Made by a program: the position numbers and the translations under genes. The notes under the pieces are model-generated. The model saw only the letters and a list, made by a program, of their open reading frames with translations. It was not told where the DNA came from and did not search any database. DNA of 63,854 bases, filler included, from Folioceros fuciformis (Eukaryota): NCBI GenBank assembly GCA_049999805.1. It is 6 parts of 6 records of this genome, joined end to end, with 100 filler letters (N's around TTAATTAATTAA, not from the genome) between each part and the next. Parts side by side here need not be neighbours in the genome. Positions count along the whole stretch, not along the records: positions 45,243 to 57,605 come from JBNGIO010002909.1; positions 57,706 to 63,854 come from JBNGIO010002910.1; 4 more parts are not named here. One strand, 5' to 3'. Shown here piece by piece: positions 51,653 to 63,225 of this stretch. The stretch's first letter is position 1. Every line of letters starts with the position of its first letter.

Positions 51653-54428
51653 TTAAAACTCACGAAATGTAAGATTCAAACGACCGGGCCGTAAGTTCGC
51701 TTTCTCGACAAGGGCAGCAGGTGCTGTCTTGGGGTGCACCCTGGTGATACTGTGAAACATCATTCTTGCAGGGCCCCCAAAGATGAACACATCGCCTGAC
51801 TCTAGTATCACCTTCTCAGCGTTCTCCAAGTCCCTGTCTATCCCGAAGCAAAACTCAGCTGAGTCTCCAATCGAGAAGGAAACTACAGGAGAGCCCCTCT
51901 TCAAGGTTTCCGGGCTTTCTGCCTTATCCTGGAAAATACAACACTTGTTCAGCTGTGAAGATAGTGAAAGCAACGTGGAAGCAGAACTTGGATTAGTAAG
52001 ATTGATTCACCTGATGCATTCCCAAATTGCCGGTCTGCTCATAGAAGTTCACGACACAAATATTTGGAACCATCCTTGGAAATGTGGTATCTTGGTCTTT
52101 GGCCCTCTTTTTCCCTCCGACCTCTTGATTCTTCGCCTTGGCCGCAGAAAGGGCTTTGTCGACCAACTTAAGAAAAATTGCCGGAATCGGAGGGGCCTCT
52201 GCATTGTCATGATAAGAGCGTCTGACTTCATACGCATTTGTATTGGGTTCCCAGTGCTTCCCAAGGCACATCATTCTCAAATGCAAGCTTTTGCCGTCAG
52301 CGTAGGACGGCGTGTAAAAGCCTCCAGGACCAAGCCCAAGTTTGCGGCATTCATTCACAATCTCGACCTGCCACAAATAGAACATGATTACACATGCACA
52401 AAGGCGCAGGAGCTACAGCGCTTGCAATGACAGCCATCCACGGAACACCCAGCCTCACCTGCTCGCCAATCGTTAGCCAACTTCTTAAGAAGGCAACGCC
52501 GGGAGACAAGTGGTGGACAGATTCCACCTGCGGAATGCTTCTGCTCAGGCTTTCCTGCCTCTCGGCCCTCTTCACATCCAGCAGTGAGGCAGCCAATTTT
52601 CGAGGCAACCCTCTTCCATCAGAAGCCTCGAAAAGAGGTGGACATATGTCAAACGTTGGTCCAGAAGCCGAGTTATCCACAGAAGATTTACTCCTGTGAT
52701 GGTGACGCCGGCCGTCAGCATCCTTAGCAACGCTGGTCTTATTCGGGTTTTTGTTTTCGATGGCCCCTGAGACTGAAGCAGTCGCTTCCCCATTTCTGGT
52801 CTCCAGTCTCTCCATACTGCATCGCTCCATGTTGCAAGCTTCATCCTCATCACCTCGTCTTTCACACCTTTCTGATACCTTTGGAGGTCTAAGTGGATAA
52901 TCAACTGCATTCCGGTTCTGGTTCCACCAGTTTCCTTCAACGACCTTTACGGTGGCATCTTTCTCATGCAAACTGAAAACTGAGTTGAGAAAGGGATCCT
53001 CATGCTGAACCCGGCCGGTGTTGGGAACAGAAACAGAGGTGTTTGGCCTCCGCCCTTGCTGTGACTTCGTACCAACAAAAGTAGGCTGCTCCTTTAGAGA
53101 GGGATTGGGTCTGATCCGGATTGAATTCCTTCCTTCCGCCCCTCCTGCTTCACCTGTGAGTATAGAAACACTTCTCTCTCCACTCTGCTTTCCATCTTCA
53201 GAAGCAGCCAAAACCACCTGTAGCAACAAAAGTTAGGATCACTACACAAAAACTATTACTCAAAGCTTTAGAGGAGCATGCAGATGCACACAAACCTTGC
53301 GACCAAGTAGATCTACAGTCACGACAACTCTCTTTCGGCGTTCTTCTTCTAGAGCATCCTTTTCCTCCTCCTTCTTCCGGAGCTCATCCTTCTCCTGAAG
53401 AAACAAAGAACAGCCAACGTGGTCAGAAGAGACACACAACTGCCGCTTCGGTGACATCCAACCCAAAGAAGTGATCAACTTAACATCCAAAAGAGAGACA
53501 AACCTTTGCAGATATCCACGCATCCCCTTGCATCTGATAGTAGTCCATCTGATCATCAATGACAGCTGTGCGGGGGGCAGAGTTCCTCCCATACTCAACA
53601 AGCCTATTTTTGAACTTAATGGCAGCAGCTTCCGAGTCTGTGGAAGCGACAGATATAACACCCTCCAAACCAGCATACTCACTGCCTTCCCGCAGTACCA
53701 GAGCCCCACAATAGTTGCAGGGTCCTTCACCCTCCTGCTCACACACAATTTTTCCACAAGACAGACAATTATTTACAAGCCCATGCCTGCTAGCTTGGCA
53801 ATTGCAAGGCTGACCACCACGGAAAACTACTGAGCCGTCTGCTGCCTCTGAGAGCGAGACTGACTTGCCTCCTTTCTTTGCTTTCGAGGTCACTGCTTTG
53901 GTCTTCGCCACCCCTGTTTTGATGAATGAGGCCACTCCGGACACTACGGAAGGTCCCCGATCCTTACCGGACACCTGTCCTTCTGAACCTACACTCCTCT
54001 GTCTGCTCCCATTCTTACTGCCTCTCTTGCTGCTGACAGCATAAAAGTCGTCTACACCCCTCTTCGTCGGCACTGCCTCCTCAAAGCTTTCCGCCTTGTC
54101 ACTATCTCCTCCTCTTCGCCGTAAGTACTCCTCTACAACGTCCTGGCTCCGCTTGTCCCCGACTATAGTCTGCCACACACAGAAACACAGCACCTCACCG
54201 TTACACTCCAGAGACCAACAAAACAAGCAGCCCAACTCCACATCACATCCTCAAGGACCCCCAAAAACTCACCCTGATATACTCCGATGCATCAACAGGA
54301 GAAGCCAGCTCGCAATAGGACACCAACGATGCCACCACTTCCGGCTCCAGCTGCAGGCCCGAAGACGAGTTCGAGCAAAGATCTAGAAGAGCCTGCTGAA
54401 GCCATCTCGCTGTCTCTGACAGCTCCAT
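51653..54428 (-). CDS. ASC-1/TRIP4-like C2HC5 zinc-finger protein fused to AlkB-family (ALKBH1-type) 2OG-Fe(II) dioxygenase, ~770 aa; exons 54428-54273, 54169-53504, 53394-53296, 53217-52459, 52367-52011, 51928-51653
   Basis: Five phase-0 GT-AG introns. Zn finger CNCQASRH..NCLSCGKIVC..PCNYC and TAVIDDQMDYY; AlkB MMCLG, PNICVVNFY, HQD, MFH, RLNLTFR. Both domains are certain; that they form one protein rests on stop-free exon 4. Confidence 0.85.
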
Positions 54429-55118
54429 CACCTCCGCTAGACCCAAATCTCAAGCTCTAAACCCTGCTCCAGATCCTAACCTCGATCAACCGAGATCCGA
54501 AACCTGGATCCTCCAACGACACCGCCTCAAACGACTCCGCGAAACCCGCAGTCCCTCCTCCTGGCCCCTCCCACGCACGCATGCCCTTCCTCCGCAGAAT
54601 CTTCACCTTTCCCACCCCTGGCTCTATTCCCGAACCCCAACAAATGGACAGTCTGACGAACCCTAGCTGGTCCAGCCCCACCATCGATCAACCTCCAGTT
54701 CCAACCACTCCACCAGATATGTATATGTACTGTACCTGGGCGTAAAGTTTACTCTTCCTTCCACTGTCCTCACACAAGCGTGTCCTCTGGCAAACAGACA
54801 GCGCCTTCTCTTTCGCGTTCAGCCGGGCCAGGCTCCACCACCGTAGCAAACAGAGAGCGACGGTGGGCCCATCTTCAGCACATTCCGGCATCACGGTGGG
54901 CTGTGCGCCGCCCACCTGCATGCCAACAAGATACATACTCTACAGAGTGTATGTAATGCCTTACTGTAAATGCTGACCCCCCATACCCTAGATGCTTATC
55001 ACCGACTTCCGATTCCTACATGTGTCCGGGCTGCAAACCAACCCCGGTGATATTCACGAGGAGTCTGGAAAGCACCCCAAGCTTTGCGCCCCTGCTTTTG
55101 GCACGTGAACCGGCCTTC

Positions 55119-55188
55119 CAATCAGTGCTTTTGGTGTCATAGGCCTCAATCAGTGCTTTGGGTTTCATTGGCCTCAATCAGTGCTTTT
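55119..55188. promoter_or_regulatory. 28-bp period repeat (CAATCAGTGCTTT x3) beside a G-box in the divergent intergenic region
   Basis: Units at 55119, 55147 and 55175; CACGTG at 55102. A regulatory role is inferred from position only. Confidence 0.5.
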
Positions 55189-55765
55189 CCTATCACTCGT
55201 TACCGTCATAGTCGCTAGCCAGCAAACTCGTGTCGCCGAGAACCCGAGAAAGAGAACAGCTCGCCGACCATACCCGCCTCTAAATTTGGCTGCTGATTTG
55301 CTAGAAGTGTACCCGCTGACACGCATCCGAGACCTGTATCCCCTCTATCCGCTATATCCGTTGGTGGGGTGTCGACCACGCCAAGAAAGGCCGCCGTGTC
55401 ACCGAGCCACACGCCAGACTCCCCTATAACATCCACGTCTATGAACTTTTGACACGCCAGTCGCGTGCTGGACGAGTTTTCGGAAGGAAAGCTCCGGTGA
55501 GCGAGGCTACCCTTTCCCTTGAGCGGCTGTTGCTTGTGAAATGTGCATGCGGGTTGTGCTCTTCGGCTACCTCGTGTCTGTGGGTGCGTGTGCTGGTGGG
55601 TGGTTCTGGGACTGCGGGAGTACACGTCTGCAAGAATAATTTGGGCTGAAAGTGGGATGGTTTTGCTTCAGGGACGTTGTGGTGAGTTGGTGAGGAGCAA
55701 GCACACATCGCTGAAGGACAGGAAGGCGGGGCAACGACGAAGGTCTGCAGCGGCAACAGTCCAAG

Positions 55766-57295
55766 ATGGCCGTGGCTATGGTGCGCCTCCGGTGGGCGGT
55801 AGCATGTGTGTTGCTTGTGTCCAGCCTGTGGCACGAGAGTGCGGAGGGAGCCGTGAAGGTGGGCTTGCACAAAAAGCGGCTGGATGAGAAGGGCGTCAAA
55901 ACTGCGATCAGGAGCGCGAGGGAGAGGGTGGAGGGTTTGCGGCAGAGGCTGGAAGGGGCGGAGAACGGGTTGGTAGGCTCGTCCCCGGACTACGTGGCCC
56001 TGAACAACTACCTGGATGCGCAGTACTATGGCGAGATCGGGCTGGGGACTCCGGCGCAGAAGTTCACCGTCATCTTCGACACGGGGAGCTCCAACCTGTG
56101 GGTGCCATCGGCTAAGTGCTATCTGTCCCTGGCCTGCTACTTCCACTCCAGATATTCTTCCAGCAAGTCTAGCACCTACAAGGCTAACGGCCAGTCCTTC
56201 GCAATTCAGTACGGGACCGGTTCCATGTCCGGCTTCCTGAGCCAGGACGACCTGACGCTTGGAGACATTGTGGTGAAGGGGCAGGTGTTCGCCGAGGCCA
56301 CCAAGGAGCCCGGGATCACCTTCCTGGCGGCCAAGTTTGACGGAATTCTGGGGCTGGGGTTTCCTGAAATCTCTGTGGACGGGGTGGTGCCTGTGTGGAA
56401 CAACATCGTGGACCAGAACCTGGTGCCAGAACCTCTCTTCTCTTTCTGGCTCAACAGGGACGTCAATGGCAAGGCCGGAGGCGAGCTGGTGTTGGGTGGA
56501 GTGAACGATGCCCACTTCGTAGGAGAGCACATATACACCCCAGTTACTAAGCGAGGGTACTGGCAAATCGGTATGGGGGATTTTCTAATCGCAGGCAAGA
56601 GCACCGGCTTCTGTGCAGGCGGGTGTCAGGCGATAGTGGATTCGGGAACCTCTCTCCTGGCCGGGCCGACGGGGATCGTCGCAGAGATTAACCACGCTAT
56701 CGGGGCTACAGGAGTGGTGAGCCAGGCTTGCAAGACGGTGGTGTCACAGTATAGTGATGTGATCATCGACCTGCTCATCTCCCAAGTGGCGTCCGGGAAA
56801 ATCTGTAAGCAGATCGGGGTGTGCTACGCCGTCTCCGACCCTGTGATCAAGACCGTGGTGGAGGAGGATGAGCTTCACAAGAATCTTGGGGGAGTGGGCA
56901 GTGATGTGGCATGCACTGTGTGCGAGATGGCTGTTATCTGGGCCCAAAATCAGCTGAGGGAGAACCAGACCAAGGCCCAAATCGAGAAGTACCTGAACGA
57001 GCTCTGTGACACCCTCCCCAGTCCTGCTGGCGAGTCGGTGGTGAGCTGCGATGTTGTGCATACTCTGCCCAAGCTCTCCTTCACCATTGCTGGAAAGAGT
57101 TTTGAGCTGGCCCCTGAGGACTACATTCTCCAGATCGGCACTGACAAGGACGCACAGTGCATCAGTGGCTTTATCGGGCTCGATGTGCCTCCACCCACTG
57201 GACCCTTGTGGATTCTGGGAGATGTGTTCATGGGTGTTTACCACACCATCTTCGACTACGGCAACGAGCGTGTTGGGTTTGCCCTGGCTGCCTAA
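55766..57295 (+). CDS. Typical plant aspartic proteinase (phytepsin, A1) with saposin-like plant-specific insert, single coding exon
   Basis: Signal peptide, NYLDAQYYGEIG, catalytic FDTGSSNLW and VDSGTS, PSI with cysteines and NQT, WILGDVFMG. Confidence 0.97.
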   Translation: MAVAMVRLRWAVACVLLVSSLWHESAEGAVKVGLHKKRLDEKGVKTAIRSARERVEGLRQRLEGAENGLVGSSPDYVALNNYLDAQYYGEIGLGTPAQKFTVIFDTGSSNLWVPSAKCYLSLACYFHSRYSSSKSSTYKANGQSFAIQYGTGSMSGFLSQDDLTLGDIVVKGQVFAEATKEPGITFLAAKFDGILGLGFPEISVDGVVPVWNNIVDQNLVPEPLFSFWLNRDVNGKAGGELVLGGVNDAHFVGEHIYTPVTKRGYWQIGMGDFLIAGKSTGFCAGGCQAIVDSGTSLLAGPTGIVAEINHAIGATGVVSQACKTVVSQYSDVIIDLLISQVASGKICKQIGVCYAVSDPVIKTVVEEDELHKNLGGVGSDVACTVCEMAVIWAQNQLRENQTKAQIEKYLNELCDTLPSPAGESVVSCDVVHTLPKLSFTIAGKSFELAPEDYILQIGTDKDAQCISGFIGLDVPPPTGPLWILGDVFMGVYHTIFDYGNERVGFALAA

Positions 57296-57705
57296 ATACG
57301 TAGCCCTGCTCCTGCTCCTGCTCCAACATTGACATATTCACCGTTTCTTCTCGACAGATCAACAAGGTCGTATGTACATAGCTGCTGTATGCTTCTGTTG
57401 CTGGGTGGCAGCTAGAACATGTACATAACCCCCGGGCTCTAAATGGTGCTGCACCTTATGTTTGTTGTGGACTTGCATTTATCTGCTTGTTCGGAGATGT
57501 GTGTCCACTCAGATACATGGAGATGTATCCTGCTGCTGTCCATACACGGCTGTAAATGTCTAGACGCGTCTCTGTATTACTGCTCACGAATTCTGTACGT
57601 TCCATNNNNNNNNNNNNNNNNNNNNNNNNNNNNNNNNNNNNNNNNNNNNTTAATTAATTAANNNNNNNNNNNNNNNNNNNNNNNNNNNNNNNNNNNNNNN
57701 NNNNN

Positions 57706-59586
57706 GCCGTCAGGAACCCCGAACAGTTGACAACTATCCAGTGTTATAATTGTCGAGGGATAGGTCACTTCGCAAGCAGCTGTCCTTCGGCGACACGCCA
57801 AGGAAATGGGGACTATGAGAGGTTGTGTACTGACTGCAAACAAATGGGGCATGTGGCTGGGAGCGTTCTATGTGCTACCCCGAAGAAACACGTGAGGATT
57901 GCTTCCACACCAGCAGATGTGATCCAGCCTTCGGGACCAAGTGCTCCACCCGCTACGCAAGTGACAGACGCATTAATGGCTGTATGGGAGGATGCAGAGG
58001 GACACATGCTAAGGGAATTGGAAGGCTTGGGCAGTCTGAACGAAAAATATTATGAAGAGACCCCTACCATGGCCGTTCGAACTCAGGGCCGAGCAAAGGC
58101 AGCAAAGAGCAGCGATCAATGTGCGCAAGGGAAGCGAGGAGGAAGGGATAGGCCTGTTTCCCCAGTGCAGAGGACACCTCTGAAGATCAGGCCACCCAAG
58201 TGAGCGGTAAAGAGCAGACGTTGCCAACTGTAAATATACCGGAGGAACTTCCGAGAAGTCCGGTAGAAAAGGAAACGAGAGGCAGCTGGTCTGAGGAGTC
58301 GGCGATGCGCGCTGGGGAGGCACGACAATCCATGGGTGAGCCGGACCAAGGGGCAAGGCCAGTAGAGGAGGCCCGGCGTTTGGACAGAATGAGGGAGTTG
58401 GGGTTCCCCCCGGATGTTCACCAGGAGGTGGCTGAAATGGTTCAAGAAGAATTAGAACAAACCCCGGAAGCCATGGTGGCAACGAGTGAGGGCCAATCCA
58501 AGCTCACGGCTGCAGGAAAGCAGGACGGGCCGAAGAACGCAAATTGTCAACCCATAGCAGAGGATGAGAAGGGGAGACCGCGAGTGCTGGATCTAGCAGA
58601 AGCCATCATGGATCAGAAATTCATGGTAACCTTTGGCCAATTGCTTAGGGATACGCCACGATACCGACAGCAGCTGCGACAGGCACTAAAGTTGGCACAA
58701 CCCAAGAGGAAGCCAAGTCTACCAAGGGTGAGGCCGAGGTTCCATGCTGTAAATTTGGTGACAATGGCGGATCAAGGGCCAGCGGAGTTGCAAATCGAAA
58801 TCGCGGGGTGTGTGATTAAAAAGGTACCTCTCGACATAGGATCTGGAGTGAACATCATGACTAAAGACACAGCTCGGAAGCTGGGATTAGAAATTGAGCA
58901 CACGGCCAAGGTTTTACGGCTGGCAGATATGTTAAAGATGGCGCCAGTTGGAGAAATTCTCGGAGTTCTGACCCACATCAGCACCATCCCATACCTTATG
59001 GATTATGTGGTAATTAAGCAGAAGGCTCCGGGTTATGAGGTGTTGATTGGAAGGACTTGGATGTATGGTGCTCGGTGTACTTTTAGATGGGGGCGGAAGG
59101 AAGTAGGTTTTAAACCGTTGGGCTGGGACCCGAAGACCAAGGAAGGAAGAATTTGCCTATCATGGAGTAAAGATATGTATGCTGGTGAAACTCCATCTGA
59201 AATGGATGGGTATACTTCAGCTGAGGATACGGAAGGGCAGGCAGATGAGGATGAGAAATTCCCGTTTGCACATATCTCCTGGTCGGAGGAGGAAAAGGAT
59301 TATCAGCGACAACTGCCCCTGGTCAGTTGTTACAGGGTCACGAAGGCCGTAGAGGACATGGAGATGGAATTGGAGGAAGCCACTCCGACCACTACAGTAG
59401 TCCGAGGGGAACGCGAGGTAGCCCTAGGGGCCACCGAGGGAGTCGAACCAGCAAAGGCCGAGGAGGAGGAATTGGGTGCGACGGCGCCTAAGGGTCGGGA
59501 GGACATCACAAGGATCACCTCTGAGGAGTTATTCCGCGAATGGGGAATGAGGGAGGCAGAACCTCGAAGGCCTGAAGAAGGGTTTG
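57706..59586 (+). mobile_element. Ty3/gypsy gag (two zinc knuckles) and protease; same family as 31556-34751
   Basis: CYNCRGIGHFASSC, CTDCKQMGH, LDIGSGVN, LIGRTW. 58905-59586 is near-identical to the reverse complement of ~34083-34751. Confidence 0.9.
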
Positions 59587-61493
59587 TATGAAAAATATAC
59601 GTTAAGTATATTAATGTTAACCTAGGCGTATTAGGTTTAAACTATATAAACAACTCTATGTTCATTGACGTTTATCCAATTCATTATTTTGTTATTCCTT
59701 ATTGCTTGCTGGCTATTGCACACACGATGTCAAGCTACCTTGACACGCTTCTAGCATTCCTTATTTTTCTTATGGTATCAGAGCAGAGAGTGCTGCTGAT
59801 GATGCTGTAGGTTGCAATGCCGAGAAACAGATCAAATTGTGGTTATGGTGGCAGAGGAGGATTTTCTAAGACCTTCTCTACACCAGCTTTCCTCAATCTT
59901 TATTTTGGCATTCCAACCAGCATTACGTGGACCGATGCAGACACCAAGGCTGAGCGTGATCTCAAAATTCTGGAGAATTATTGGCGCAACACGGGCCGTC
60001 ATAATCAGCATAATAGATCTCCTACAATTGGCACTGTTGTTCCGTGCTGCAACTATGGGCATTTATTTAAGAAAGATCCTTGCTCAGCAAAGCCATTTTT
60101 GAAACGACCAATTTTTGCACCGCATCCACGCACTGAGCCAGCCAGTACATCTGCAAGTGATGCATTGAATTCTGAATCAGCGGTACAAATTCTAGAAGGT
60201 ACCCTGAATGTAGTTGTCCAGCGACAAGAGACATTCTCTAAGCGTTTGGATTCTGCAGATTTTAAAATTTAGAAATTTATCTCTAAATTTTCATTTGAAA
60301 TTAGTCAATTTTCTAGACAATTTGAGATTTTCAACATTGCCCTTCACTCCTCTAACGAGGAGCGATCAAATTGAACTGACATTTGCTACCCTTTTCTAGT
60401 GTAGGCACTTTGCATTCAGATGTCTGTTGATTTTCGTGGTTTTCAGGCCCCTTGCTTCTGCTGATTCATTTTCATTGGCGGTTACTAACCGCTTCACCTG
60501 AATCCAAAAGTGCCCTAGAAAAGAAGGCAGTAGTTTAAGATAGACTTTTTCAGCTAAAACCCTAAAAAAAAGTCTTTTCAGATCTAATTGTCCCTACTTG
60601 TTTTGTAGTGAATTCCCTAATGTATGTCTACGAGAGACCATCTTTTAAATTTTCCTTTGTCACCTTATCTTTGTCATCAACGAGAATCTGTGCATCCTTC
60701 TAGTCCACCACCTAATCCGGCCCCTATTCCCCCGACACCTCCACCTCTTCCTCCTGTATAGCCACAATTTGTAGTCAGCATGTCTTCCTCTACTCCATCC
60801 TTCACAATAGACCTCAGAGGCCTTGATAGGTTCAATGGAACTAAATTCGAAGTATGGAGAGATTGAATGCAAACTATATTACGTGCAAGAGGCGTGTGGA
60901 CGGTTGTTGACGACACATATGTGGAGCCTGTGCTTCCTGCTGCTGGAACCACTACCACAATTGGAGGCACTCAAGTTACACAGGCTGATGTAGACAAATG
61001 GAACACAATGAACGAAATTGCTGTTGCCATCTTGATTACAAGCCTTGACGAAGTGCTGATTCCTGACGTGGAATACCTTACCAAGGCACATCAAATTTGG
61101 AGTCAGCTCAATAATACTTATGTTGTTCGGACTATGATGACTAAGTGCACAATGAAACATGAATTCTATACCTTGAAAATGCGAGAGGGTGACAGTGTGG
61201 CTGCCCACACCAGCAAGTTTCGACAACTTCGATCCCGTCTTGCCCAGTTGAACTCGACTACTTCAGAGGAGGATGCTTTGGCTCATCTTTTGCTCTTGCT
61301 CCCCCCATCATATCAGACTTTTGTATCTCTACAAAATGGTCCCTTGGCCATTGCTGGCCAGAATGTTGTTGCTGGTCACCCTGGTAATTATTCCTTGGAG
61401 GCTGTGATTGCTGCCCTTTATCAAGAGGAGCAGAGCCGACTTCGTATCAGTTCGAGCGGCTCCAGCAAGCTACGCATTGATCGAGTTCTCTAT
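59587..61493 (+). mobile_element. Ty1/copia 5' fragment: LTR ~59587-59772, PBS 59773-59784, upstream ORF, gag from 60780
   Basis: Perfect TGGTATCAGAGC. gag DRFNGTKFEVW..LKMREGDSV..LPPSY, truncated by the next element. Confidence 0.9.
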
Positions 61494-63225
61494 TGACACG
61501 ATTAGGATCGACTGAATTCTATTGTGCTTGTGAACACGATATGTGTCACAAACGCGCGAAGCGGGTACAACCGTAATACCCGTTTAGGCATTAGGCATAT
61601 TAAGTCTTTAACTAACCTAAATACTGGACCCTAAATATATAATTATTTATATTGTTTCACTCCCACTCAAGAGTTAGGTTAGGTCTAGCTATATAGCTTG
61701 ATAATTATTCATATATAAACTAAACAGACACCCTAAGAAACTTCAACTAGTCATAGAAACGCCTAAAGAAACTTGTCGCCAGAGGAAACGCTATCCAAAA
61801 ACGCTATCCAAAAACGCTCATCTCCTTCGTGGCCAGGCCACAACCGTGAATGGCTAATCCGCGCGAGCCTGCCTGCCGGGCATGGCCGCGACCTAGCTGG
61901 TGTTGATCGCTGCACGAAGGTGCCGCCACCCGTCGATGGTGATGCTCGTGCGCGCCTGCGCCTGCGCTGTTGCTTGGTGATGCGCTCTCAGTCCCCTCCT
62001 TCATCTTCACGCCGCCGCCGGTTGCTGGCTGCTAAAGTGATCACGCTGCCTGCTCCACCTACTGAATCCTGAGACCAGAACGTGTTCCCTGATGCTGATC
62101 GGAGCCCCATTCCGTGCACATGTTGCAGGTGCTTTGCCTTGGTCAATGCTTTTGTGAGGACGTCCGCCGTCATCAGGTTTGTTGGACAGTACACCACCTG
62201 CACCAGTCCGTTTGCCACCTGCTCCCTGATAAAATGATGCTGCACCTCCAGGTGTTTGGTTCTAGCATGGAAGCGCGGGTTCTTTGAGAGTGCTACGGCA
62301 CTTTGGTTGTCGCAACTCAAGCGCATTGGCAGCTACTGTGGAGAATCGAGCTCAGCCAAAGCTCCGACTGCTTAGACTACCTCCTTGCAAGCCTCTGTCA
62401 AGGATTTGTACTCTGCCTCAGTTGAGGACAGAGCCACTGTTGGCTAGCGCTTGCTGCTCCGGGAGATGGCACCTCCGGCCAGAAGAAACACAAAACTTGA
62501 GATGCTGCGGTGACTGTCCAGGTCCCCGGCCAAATCAGCATCGCTGAAGGCCGTGAGAGTAAGTGCCCCAGCGGAACCTCCTTTGTAGAGCAGTCCCCAG
62601 TCCTCGGTTGCCTTGATGTATCTAAATAGCCGCCTCATTGCTTGCTAGTGAGCCATTGCTAGATTCGCGAGAAACTGTGAGAGCATGCCCACGGCAAATG
62701 CAAGATCTGGACGGCTTCCCAACATCAGGTACATGACGCTCCCACTGAGTGAAGCATATGGGAACTCTGCCATCAGGCGCGCCTCTTCAGCTGTCAACTC
62801 CGGCTCTCCAACTTGTGCTCTATATTTCACATTCTGTTCGAGTGGTGTAGAGATAGGTTTGCAGCTCTGCATTTGAAACCTTGCCAGGATTTGACGAATA
62901 TACTTTGCCTGATGCAGAAAGATCCTTCGTCTTCGTTTGTCACGACTGATCTGCATGCCTAGACAGAATGCCAGAGGGCCTGCATCTGTCATTCTGAACT
63001 CTGAACTCAATTGACGTTTCAGCTCCTCTATCATTGCTATAGTGTTTGACATTATTATTATGTCATCAACATAACTAGCTAGAGCTAAAAATTCCTTCTT
63101 CTTGCCCTTCTTCGTGTAAACGTTAGAGTCAGCATGCGTAGGGGTGTAGCCATGTGATAGGAGGAAGTGGTGAATCCTAGACAACCATGCTCGAGGACTT
63201 TGTTTCAATCCGTATAGGGTCTTCC
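61494..63225 (-). mobile_element. Ty1/copia 3' fragment (RT, RNase H, probable LTR 61494-61659)
   Basis: LYGLKQSPRAW, YVDD, FSDAD, CDNQSAV..TKHLEV. PPT-like GAGTGGGAG then TGAAAC...GTGTCA on the minus strand. Confidence 0.88.

Noticed and set aside
55439-56566. 375-aa antisense ORF over phytepsin, and the 212-aa one over FAD7
   Set aside because: Expected shadow of GC3-rich codons; no motifs.
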